Below are positions 48,314-56,309 of a stretch of DNA of 64,000 nt, piece by piece. The notes below the pieces were generated by a model. That model was not told where the DNA came from and made no database searches. It saw nothing but the letters and a program-made list of their open reading frames with translations. Each line of letters begins with the position of its first letter. The stretch's first letter is position 1. The stretch comes from an uncultured Pseudomonadota bacterium (GTDB lineage Bacteria; Myxococcota_A; UBA796; SXON01), in assembly GCA_903900265.1 (NCBI GenBank), contig CAIUMM010000015.1, positions 4,036-68,035 on the forward strand. Direction: 5' to 3'. Made by a program: the position numbers and the translations under genes.

Positions 48314-49218
48314 GGGTGCTGCTGACCGGTGGCGCCGGCTTCATGGGGTCTGCGGTCGCGCGGCAGCTTTTGGAGGAGGGGCACGCGGTCACGGTGTTGG
48401 ACGCGCTGACCTACGCCGGATCCCGGGCGCACTTGAGCGGTGTGAACGTCGACTTTGTGGAAGGCGATGTCTGTGATGCATCGCGCGTCGCAGCGCGTGT
48501 GGCTGCGGTCGATCTGGTCGTGCACATGGCCGCTGAGACGCACGTGGAGCGCTCGTTGCAGGACGCCGCTCCGTTTGTGCGCACCAACGTCGAAGGCGCG
48601 CGCGTCGTGCTCGACGCATGCCGTCATGCGTCGGTGCGGCTCATTCATGTGTCGACCGACGAGGTCTTTGGCGCTGCAGCGCCGGACGTGGCTTTTCAGG
48701 AGGAGGATCCTCACGCCCCCGGTAATCCCTATGCGGTCACAAAATCGGCGGCTGAAGGGCTGATTCGGGTGTGGGAGCGCTGCTACGGATATTCGGCGAG
48801 CATCGTGCGTTGCGTCAACAACTACGGGGCGCGGCAACACGAAGAAAAAGCGGTCGCGGGATGGGTTCGACGCGCGGTTCTCGGCCATCCGTTGAACGTG
48901 CACGGCGCAGGGGGCGCCGTTCGGGACTGGCTCCACGTCGAGGACTTTGCGCGTGGGATGGGCCGCGTCGTTGCGTACAACGGGCCGCGCAAGGTCTTTC
49001 ACCTCGCCGCCCAATGCCACCGCACGAACCTTGAAATGGCCACGCGCATCGCCGAGCTGAGCGGGGGGGCCGCGGTGCGCTGCGTGGAGGACCGGCCGGG
49101 CCAGGACGCCCGCTACGCGCTGGACGACGCCGCGACGCGCGTAGACATCGGCTGGCAACCTCAAGTCTCGCTGGACGATGGGCTGCGGCGATTGATCGTC
49201 GAGGCCCGGCTGCGTTGA
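48310..49218 (+). CDS. rfbB: dTDP-glucose 4,6-dehydratase (NAD-dependent epimerase/dehydratase)
   Basis: MRVLLTGGAGFMGS Rossmann motif, STDEVFG and YAVTKSAAE (YxxxK). ATGA overlap with the upstream gene. Confidence 0.88.
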   Translation: MRVLLTGGAGFMGSAVARQLLEEGHAVTVLDALTYAGSRAHLSGVNVDFVEGDVCDASRVAARVAAVDLVVHMAAETHVERSLQDAAPFVRTNVEGARVVLDACRHASVRLIHVSTDEVFGAAAPDVAFQEEDPHAPGNPYAVTKSAAEGLIRVWERCYGYSASIVRCVNNYGARQHEEKAVAGWVRRAVLGHPLNVHGAGGAVRDWLHVEDFARGMGRVVAYNGPRKVFHLAAQCHRTNLEMATRIAELSGGAAVRCVEDRPGQDARYALDDAATRVDIGWQPQVSLDDGLRRLIVEARLR

Positions 49219-50150
49219 TCCTCGACCGCTGGCGTCCGCAGCAATTCGCGGAAGCGCTGCGGACCGGGGAGCCCGTTGACTTGCGAATCACCGCGTGCGG
49301 GGATTGGCTGCCTGCGGAGGTGGCGCCGTTGTGTCACACCGTGCCTGCGGAGTGGGCGCGATGGTCCGCCCCGGCTGCGCGGCCTGCGGGTCGAACGTCT
49401 CCTCGGGTGACGGTGGTGATCCCGGCGATGCGAGGGGCGCCGATCGGAATTCGAAGCTTGTGCGCTCAGGATGAGCCGGTGGCGATACGGGTGCTTTGGA
49501 ACGGGCCGAAGGCGGCGCCGATCCTGCCCGAAGCGAGTGTTTCCCGGGTTCGTTGGCGCGGACATGGTCCCACGCGTCAGGACAGCATCGCCGACATTGA
49601 CACAGAGTATGTGTTGTTCACCGTCGACGATGCGTTGCCGCTTGGGGCCGGGTTTGTGCGCACCTTGGTGGAGCACCTTGAACGGTCGAGCGCGGACGCG
49701 GTGTGGGCGCGACAGATCCCTTGGCCGGATGCGGGTCGCCGCACGCGCGATCGTCTTCGCGCGTGGTGTCCGATATCCGGTGAGGTGCCCGCGACCCGAC
49801 TCGATCACGTCTGCGCACTGCACCGCACGGACGCGCTGCGCGCGGACCCGCTGGACGCTGCGCCGATCGCGGAGGATTGGCTGTGGGGCCAGCGTCACCG
49901 ATGTGCGTTGGTGGTGGACGCTCCGGTGCTACACAGCCATCCTCCCGCGCTTCGAGCCAGCTTTCAGCGTACGCAGCAGCTGCATCGCGTGATGATGCAG
50001 TCGGGCGCTGCGCCGACGGTGCCTACCGCAGCGACCCTGCTGCGCGCGTTGCCCGGGGTGATCGGAGACCGGGATGCGCTCGGCGAGCTGCTCGGGCAGT
50101 ATGCGGCGCGCGGGGCGTCAGGCGTAACGACGGGATCGGCCAGGTCGTAG
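49215..50150 (+). CDS. Glycosyltransferase-like protein (GT2-type fold, divergent)
   Basis: 311 aa with a TTG start overlapping the rfbB stop. VTVVIPAM and a FTVDDALP DxD-like motif. Assignment is weak. Confidence 0.6.
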   Translation: MILDRWRPQQFAEALRTGEPVDLRITACGDWLPAEVAPLCHTVPAEWARWSAPAARPAGRTSPRVTVVIPAMRGAPIGIRSLCAQDEPVAIRVLWNGPKAAPILPEASVSRVRWRGHGPTRQDSIADIDTEYVLFTVDDALPLGAGFVRTLVEHLERSSADAVWARQIPWPDAGRRTRDRLRAWCPISGEVPATRLDHVCALHRTDALRADPLDAAPIAEDWLWGQRHRCALVVDAPVLHSHPPALRASFQRTQQLHRVMMQSGAAPTVPTAATLLRALPGVIGDRDALGELLGQYAARGASGVTTGSARS

Positions 50151-50987
50151 CCATCCGACGAGGCTGCAACCGCTTTGCTGAGCCACTTCCACCGCCAGCG
50201 TGGTCGGCGCTCCGACGGTGCACACCAACGCCACGCCCACGGTGATCGCCTTCTGGACCACCTCAAAGCCCGCTCGGCTGGTCACCACCAGCCCGATGTG
50301 GTCGAACTCGCTCTCGGGGCGCTGCCGCAACCAAGCGCCGATCACCTTGTCTACGGCGTTGTGGCGCCCGACGTCTTCACGTATACACAGGATGTTTCCC
50401 TGCGGATTGAACAGCGCTGCGGCGTGCATGCAGCCGGTGGTGCGGGTGTGAACCTGAGCGGCGTCGAAGGTCTCGGTGAGACGTATCAGTAGTGTATCGG
50501 TCGGGACAAGCGGTATCAACGGCGTGGAGCGTCCTCGAAGGATTCGGTCTGTGCTGGCTTTGCCGCAGATGCCGCAGGAGCTGGTCGCGAACAGCGCGCG
50601 ATCGGCGGAGCGCGCTCGGGCGGGTGACACGCCGTCCGCGAGGCGCACATCGACGACGTTGTCGGAGATCTGGGCGATCGCGGCGACGTCATCGAGGGCG
50701 TCCTCTGGGCCGATCACCCCTTCGGTGGTCAGGAAGCCGATGGTGAGGTCGAGATCGTGGCCCGGCGTGCGCATGGTCACGGCTGCGGCGATGCCTTCGA
50801 CGCGAATCTCGAGCGGCTCTTCCACCGCGAGCGTGTCCTCGCCGTCCGGCAAGGGCACGACGCGCACGGAGCGTGCGCTGTCGGAGACTGCGGGGAGGCT
50901 TGCGGGCGGGGACGGGTTCAAGGTGCGGCCGGGTGAACGAGCGGGGTAGTATCCCTTGGCCTCCGGATGCCGCTGCTCGATGCTCAC
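50118..50987 (-). CDS. fdhD: Formate dehydrogenase accessory sulfurtransferase FdhD
   Basis: EEPLEIRVEG...MRTPGHDLDLTIGFLTTEGVI and SSCGICGKAS motifs. The GTG start at 50987 is uncertain. Confidence 0.88.
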   Translation of the reverse strand: MSIEQRHPEAKGYYPARSPGRTLNPSPPASLPAVSDSARSVRVVPLPDGEDTLAVEEPLEIRVEGIAAAVTMRTPGHDLDLTIGFLTTEGVIGPEDALDDVAAIAQISDNVVDVRLADGVSPARARSADRALFATSSCGICGKASTDRILRGRSTPLIPLVPTDTLLIRLTETFDAAQVHTRTTGCMHAAALFNPQGNILCIREDVGRHNAVDKVIGAWLRQRPESEFDHIGLVVTSRAGFEVVQKAITVGVALVCTVGAPTTLAVEVAQQSGCSLVGWLRPGRSRRYA

Positions 50988-51564
50988 CTCGTCTGTACGC
51001 TTTGCGCCCTACCTCGCGCATTTTTTGTTCTGGTTGCCCTACTTGATTCGGGGGCAGGTCGATCGTATGCGCGGGCGCGTCGATGGTCCCCCGGTGCACG
51101 CGGCCCCAGGCGCGCGCGCGCTGATCGTTCGTCACAGCGTGGCGACGTTGGGGATGTATCTGGGCATTGGTGCTGGCGTATTTTCCACGCCGACCGGGGT
51201 GCTGACGGGCCCGATGGCGTGGTCGGGATTGGCGATGATCGGGATCGGCGGGCTGCTTTCCATGTGGACCTTGTGGGTTTTTCGCTCCTGGAAGCTGCGC
51301 GCCGAGCTGCATGATGCGCACGAGCTGTGCCTCGACGGACCGTTCCGGGTGGTGCGGCATCCGATCTACACGGCGATGATCGTGCTGGCGTTCGGCACGT
51401 TCCTGTGGATTCCGAACGGCCTGACGCTCGGCGGTATGCTCGGGATCGCCTGGGTGGGCGATCAACGCGCCCGCGCCGAGGAGCAGATCCTGCTCGCGGC
51501 GTTCGGGGAGCGCTATTCGACGTTCATGGCCTCCACCAAGCGCTTCTTTCCCGGCGTGTACTGA
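50980..51564 (+). CDS. Isoprenylcysteine carboxyl methyltransferase (ICMT)-family membrane methyltransferase
   Basis: GPFRVVRHPIYTAMIVLAFG...ARAEEQILLAAFGERY motif with a multi-TM N-terminus. The start is either ATG 50980 or TTG 50956. Confidence 0.8.
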   Translation: MLTSSVRFAPYLAHFLFWLPYLIRGQVDRMRGRVDGPPVHAAPGARALIVRHSVATLGMYLGIGAGVFSTPTGVLTGPMAWSGLAMIGIGGLLSMWTLWVFRSWKLRAELHDAHELCLDGPFRVVRHPIYTAMIVLAFGTFLWIPNGLTLGGMLGIAWVGDQRARAEEQILLAAFGERYSTFMASTKRFFPGVY

Positions 51565-51590
51565 CCCGAGCACGGAGGTTAGGCAGTGGC

Positions 51591-52331
51591 ATGGTTGATC
51601 CGTACGCCCAGATTCCAGCTTTCTACGACGTGGAATTTGCGGCAGCAACCGCGGATATCTCCACCTACTTTCGGGATTTGTCCGGCGCGCGACGGGTGCT
51701 GGTGTTGGGCTGTGGCACGGGCCGGGTGAGCGACGGGCTCGTGGGGCCCGACCGGGAGGTCGTCGGGGTGGACCTGTCTGGGCCGATGATCGCCCGCGCT
51801 CAGGCCGCGCGACGGGACGGAGTCGCGCGGTATGTGGTCGGCGATATGTGCAGGTTGGCGGAGCTTTCGCTTGGGTTCTTCGACGCGGTCGTGATTCCAA
51901 ACGCTGCGTTTTCGTTCCTCCCTTCGCGGCGCGAGCAGCTGCAGTGCCTGCAGCAGGTGCGCGCGTTGCTCCGGGATGGACCGCTCTGGATCGATGTCCC
52001 GATGCCGGACTTTGGTCTGATGGGAACCCCGCACAGCCCCGAGGCGCCGGCTTGGCGCGGGCTCGTGGGCGAGCTTGACGTGCGGCGCACCCGGGAGGTG
52101 TTTCGGACCCCGGTGGCCCAGCGCTTGCTCCTCCGTGACCGTTACTACACCGGGGACGAAGCGGGCTCTCAGCCGATCTGCGTGTCTGACCTGCATCTCC
52201 GGCTGATTTTTCCCGCCGAGCTGGAATGGCTGCTCGAGTCTGCGGGCTTTTACGCAGACGCCTTGTATGGCAATCACGCGGGTGGGGCGTTGGCCGACGG
52301 CTGCGACCGCCTGCTGTGTCGCGCGCTGTGA
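51591..52331 (+). CDS. Class I SAM-dependent methyltransferase
   Basis: Internal ATG at 51591. RVLVLGCGTGRV (motif I) and DAVVIPNAAFSFL are present. The upstream part of the 51327 ORF overlaps the ICMT gene out of frame. Confidence 0.85.
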   Translation: MVDPYAQIPAFYDVEFAAATADISTYFRDLSGARRVLVLGCGTGRVSDGLVGPDREVVGVDLSGPMIARAQAARRDGVARYVVGDMCRLAELSLGFFDAVVIPNAAFSFLPSRREQLQCLQQVRALLRDGPLWIDVPMPDFGLMGTPHSPEAPAWRGLVGELDVRRTREVFRTPVAQRLLLRDRYYTGDEAGSQPICVSDLHLRLIFPAELEWLLESAGFYADALYGNHAGGALADGCDRLLCRAL

Positions 52332-52373
52332 GCCCCTCGGTTTCTTGATAGCTTCGGACTGCTTGGAGAGCTC

Positions 52374-53798
52374 ATGTCGTCGGATACGCAACGCGCCGCT
52401 CACGATCCCGTAAACCCCGAAGCCCTGCTGAAGTTCATGACGCAGCGTTGGGCTCGTCCGCGTCGCCAGCGGGGGCAGGTCAAGGCCGCTCGTGCCCATC
52501 GCGCGCGTCGGGTCGCCCTGTCGCAGGCCTTTCCGGGCGACGTGCTGATCATCCCGACGGGGCACGAGAAGGTGCGCGCCAACGATACGAACTTTCGTTT
52601 TCGACCGGGAACGGATTTTTTCTACCTGACCGGCAGTCACGAGCCGGACAGCGTGTTGGTGCTGCTGCCAGAGGGCGACGGACATCGGCATGTGCTGTTT
52701 GTTGAGCCCAATCCCGGCAAATCGAACGCGACGTTCTTCACGGACCGCGTGAAAGGCGAGCTGTGGGTCGGTGCGCGTCGGGGCATCCCGGAGAGCCAGT
52801 CTTGGTTTGGGGTGGATGAAGGGCGGTCGTTGACCGACCTCTCCGAGTTCCTGACCCAGCTCGCCGCGCCTTTCCGTGTCCTTCGCGGTTTGTCCGCACG
52901 GGTGGACGGTTTACTCGCCTTGCAGGCGGCTCGCGACGATGCGTTCGCGCAGGTGCTCGGGGAGATGCGGCTGATCAAGGATGCTGCGGAGGTCGCCGAG
53001 CTCTCGGCGGCGATCGCCTCGACGCGCCGCGGGTTTGAGGACGTGATCACCCGGTTGGCGGTGGCGCGCAGCGAGCGTGAGATTGAAGGCGTGTTCGGGC
53101 TTCGCGCCCGCGTAGAGGGCAACGACGTCGGCTACAGCACGATCGCCGCCTGTGGAAGTCATGCGTGCATCCTGCATTGGTCTCGAAACAACGGAAAGGT
53201 GAACCCCGAGGACTTGCTGCTCCTCGACGCCGGCGTGGAGGGCAACTCGCTCTACACCGCGGACATCACCCGCACCCTGCCGATCTCGGGCACCTACTCG
53301 CCTGAGCAGCGCGAGGTGGTGCAGCTCGTGCATCGCGCCCAACGCGAAGGCATCGCTGAAGTGCGTCCCGGTAACGATTTTCTGGCTCCCAACCGGGCGG
53401 CGATGCGCGTGTTGGCGTTGGGGCTGCAGCGGATGGGGATCCTCGCGGATGCAGAAGAAGCGTTGCGCGAGGACCGGCAGTTGTATCGGCGATACACGCT
53501 TCACAATGTATCGCACATGCTCGGGCTGGACGTGCATGACTGCGCGAGAGCCCGCGAAGAAACCTATAAGTTCGGCAAGCTGCGCGCTGGAATGGTGCTC
53601 ACGGTGGAGCCTGGTTTGTACTTCCAGCCCGATGACCTTACTGTGCCGGCGAAGTATCGGGGTATCGGCGTGCGTATCGAAGACGACATCCTCGTCACCG
53701 AGAGCGGCTCTCGGAATCTCTCACGCAGCCTCCCCAGCGAGCCGGCTGCGGTGGAGCGCTGGATGCGTCGGGTCTGGCAGGATGCCGCGCGGGGCTGA
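52374..53798 (+). CDS. Xaa-Pro aminopeptidase (M24B, PepP-like)
   Basis: 474 aa with the N-terminal AMP_N domain. Metal ligands appear in LLDAGVEGNSLYTADITRT, HNVSHMLGLDVHD, LTVEPGLY and IRIEDDILV. Confidence 0.9.
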   Translation: MSSDTQRAAHDPVNPEALLKFMTQRWARPRRQRGQVKAARAHRARRVALSQAFPGDVLIIPTGHEKVRANDTNFRFRPGTDFFYLTGSHEPDSVLVLLPEGDGHRHVLFVEPNPGKSNATFFTDRVKGELWVGARRGIPESQSWFGVDEGRSLTDLSEFLTQLAAPFRVLRGLSARVDGLLALQAARDDAFAQVLGEMRLIKDAAEVAELSAAIASTRRGFEDVITRLAVARSEREIEGVFGLRARVEGNDVGYSTIAACGSHACILHWSRNNGKVNPEDLLLLDAGVEGNSLYTADITRTLPISGTYSPEQREVVQLVHRAQREGIAEVRPGNDFLAPNRAAMRVLALGLQRMGILADAEEALREDRQLYRRYTLHNVSHMLGLDVHDCARAREETYKFGKLRAGMVLTVEPGLYFQPDDLTVPAKYRGIGVRIEDDILVTESGSRNLSRSLPSEPAAVERWMRRVWQDAARG

Positions 53799-53865
53799 AC
53801 GACGGATGTGCTGAGCGTGCCACCTTCGGTCGCGCTATTTTCTTACCCTTTGACTCGGAGCTGCG

Positions 53866-54603
53866 TTGTCCCTGCTTTCCACTGCGCTTTTGTGGTGTGC
53901 GTCCCTCGCTTTTGCAGGATCGCCATTTCCGACGTCCACGACCGTAAAGACCTCGGACGGGCTCTCGCTGCAGGCCAGCTTTGGACAGCCCGTAAAGGCC
54001 AGCTCGAACGGGGTGGTCTTTGTGCCCGCAAACGGGCGCTCGAAGGAAGATTGGGTTGGCGTCGCCGAGGCGTGCTGGCGATCGGGCACCTGGGTGGTCG
54101 CCGTGGATCTGCGTGGCATGGGCGCCAACGTCGCGGTCGGTACGACGCCATTGGCTGCTACTCCGGACGACTACCAGCGGATGTCCGAGGACGTAAAGGC
54201 CGCCGTTGCCTTCCTGAAGTCCAAAGGGGTGACCAAGGTCACGCTGGTGGGCGCGGAGCTGGGCGCAAACCTCGCGATCAACGTCGCCGCGGACGACGCG
54301 GCGGTGGTGGATGTGGTGCTTTTATCCCCGGGGCTGGAGCAGAAGGGGGTGATCGCCACCGACGCGGTCAAGCGGTACGGTGCACGTCCGCTGCTGATGG
54401 CGGCCAGTCAGGATGATGCGTACGGCGCGCTTTCGGTCACTCGGCTCGAGGCGCTCGCCACCGGGGACAAGCGGGTCGAAATGTTTGAAGTCGCCGGAAA
54501 GGGGACGCGCATGCTGAATCGGGCCCCCGAGCTGGAGGGCAATGTGGTGGGATGGATCAACACGCACTGGATCCCGCCCACGGTGCCGTCGCCCGCACGA
54601 TAG
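53866..54603 (+). CDS. Secreted alpha/beta-hydrolase-fold protein with non-canonical nucleophile elbow
   Basis: 245 aa with a TTG start and signal peptide LLSTALLWCASLAFAG. The fold pattern is VVFVPANGRSKEDW...VAVDLRGMG...VTLVGAELGAN. The elbow reads G-A-E-L-G instead of GxSxG. Confidence 0.65.
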   Translation: MSLLSTALLWCASLAFAGSPFPTSTTVKTSDGLSLQASFGQPVKASSNGVVFVPANGRSKEDWVGVAEACWRSGTWVVAVDLRGMGANVAVGTTPLAATPDDYQRMSEDVKAAVAFLKSKGVTKVTLVGAELGANLAINVAADDAAVVDVVLLSPGLEQKGVIATDAVKRYGARPLLMAASQDDAYGALSVTRLEALATGDKRVEMFEVAGKGTRMLNRAPELEGNVVGWINTHWIPPTVPSPAR

Positions 54604-54615
54604 CACCGCCACGCC

Positions 54616-55707
54616 ATGAATCTGCTCGGCCTGCTCCCTACCGACCTCTCCGCGCTGCTTCATGCAGCAGGCGTTCCCGCACCGGAGGGCGACGCCCGAC
54701 GGGTCCTCGCCCGGCTGATCAGCGAGGGGCGCAGCGATGTCGTTCCCCGGGGTGGGTTGCGTCGGGTGGTCGTCGACGCGCTCGCCGCGCATTCGTGGAG
54801 CCGCCCGACCGTGGTGGAGCGCGTGCCCGACTCCGACGGGGGCTTGCGCTACGTGTTTCAAGCGGACGACGGCGCGCTGTTCGACGTCGTACGCATCCCG
54901 CTCCATGTATCGGGTCGATACAGCGTGTGTCTCTCGTCCCAGGTCGGTTGCGCGATGCAGTGCGCCTTTTGTGCTACGGGAAAGCTGGGTTTGACGCGGA
55001 ACCTGGGCGCTGCGGAGATCATCGGCGCGTTTCTGGCAGTGCGCGACGAGCTGCGCGACGCGGAGCCGGAGTCAAGGGTGACCGGTGCGGTGTTCATGGG
55101 CCAGGGCGAGCCGCTACACAACTACGACGCGGTTCTGCAAGCTGCGCATGTGTTGCGCGACCCGTGCGGGGGGCGCATCGCGTCCGAGGCGATCAGCATC
55201 TCCACGGTAGGGCTGGTGCCGGCCATTCGTAGGTTCGCTGCGGAGAGACAACCGTTCCGACTGATTCTCTCGTTGACGTCTGCCGATCCTACGGTGCGTC
55301 GGCGGTTGCTCCCTGTAGCAGGACGCCATGATTTGGCGGAGCTCGCGGAGGCTTTGAGCCTCGTGCACGAGGCGCAGGGCGATCGGGTGACGCTCGCCTG
55401 GGTGCTGCTTGGCGGGGTCAACACCGATCCGGCCGAAGTGGAGCGCATTCGGGCGGCGTTTGGGCACCTCCCGCTGAGGATCAACCTCATCGATGTCAAC
55501 GCAAACCCTGTGTCACCGGGTGGCGAGACCTCCGGCGAGACGTTCCGGCGAGCGACTGACGAGGAGCGCAACACATTTATGGATGCGTTGCAGGTGTTGA
55601 AGTCCCCGGTCGTGCGTCGCTACTCGGTAGGCCGCGACCAAAACGCCGCGTGTGGCATGTTGGCAGCGCGTACGGCTGTGGAGCCGGACACGGCATCGTG
55701 CCCGTGA
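54616..55707 (+). CDS. rlmN: 23S rRNA/tRNA (adenine-C2)-methyltransferase RlmN (radical SAM)
   Basis: SSQVGCAMQCAFCATG cluster motif, GQGEPL, the ISTVG region, and the C-terminal Cys in DQNAACGML. Confidence 0.92.
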   Translation: MNLLGLLPTDLSALLHAAGVPAPEGDARRVLARLISEGRSDVVPRGGLRRVVVDALAAHSWSRPTVVERVPDSDGGLRYVFQADDGALFDVVRIPLHVSGRYSVCLSSQVGCAMQCAFCATGKLGLTRNLGAAEIIGAFLAVRDELRDAEPESRVTGAVFMGQGEPLHNYDAVLQAAHVLRDPCGGRIASEAISISTVGLVPAIRRFAAERQPFRLILSLTSADPTVRRRLLPVAGRHDLAELAEALSLVHEAQGDRVTLAWVLLGGVNTDPAEVERIRAAFGHLPLRINLIDVNANPVSPGGETSGETFRRATDEERNTFMDALQVLKSPVVRRYSVGRDQNAACGMLAARTAVEPDTASCP

Positions 55708-55733
55708 AGCACGCTGAGGAAGCCGGAGCACCG

Positions 55734-56273
55734 ATGCGGGTGCACGACCTCTGGACGCCTGCGGGCGCGTTGACGACGGTACGCTTGGTTTTTGCGGGCA
55801 CGCTCCCCTTCGCGTTGTCTACGCATTTTGTGCTTCCGCTGTACTTGTTCGCGGTGTGGACCGACGTGGCGGATGGCGTGGTCGCGCGGCGGTTTGGACA
55901 CGCGACGCGCGCGGGTGCAGCCTACGATGCGTGGGTCGATAAGTCGCTGCATGTCAATCTGGGATGGGCCATCGCCTTGTCGGACCGCGTGCCGGATTGG
56001 TACATGCTGTGTTGGTTTTCACGAGAGCTCATTCAGCTTCCGATGCACTTTTTTTTGATGCATCGCTTCCGAACCGCCAATGCGCCGCCGCCGCGTACAA
56101 GCGCTTGGGGCCGCGCGACGGCGCTGTCCCTCGCGCTGGCCTTTGTTGGTGTGCTGGGGGGCTGGCCGCAGTCGGCCGGCGTGCTCGTCTTGACCCTACT
56201 TACGGGCGTCTTGGGGACCATCGCCAGCGTGGACTATGGATTGTTGTTTTTTGGTGTCAAAGCGAGGGCCTGA
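55734..56273 (+). CDS. CDP-alcohol phosphatidyltransferase family protein
   Basis: DVADGVVARRFGHATRAGAAYDAWVDK matches the family signature D(x)2DG(x)2AR...G(x)3D(x)3D. Multi-TM. ATG at 55734 has GGAG upstream. Confidence 0.85.
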   Translation: MRVHDLWTPAGALTTVRLVFAGTLPFALSTHFVLPLYLFAVWTDVADGVVARRFGHATRAGAAYDAWVDKSLHVNLGWAIALSDRVPDWYMLCWFSRELIQLPMHFFLMHRFRTANAPPPRTSAWGRATALSLALAFVGVLGGWPQSAGVLVLTLLTGVLGTIASVDYGLLFFGVKARA

Positions 56274-56309
56274 CTGGTTAGCTAGGCGCTGTACAATCGG
56301 AGTTCGTTG

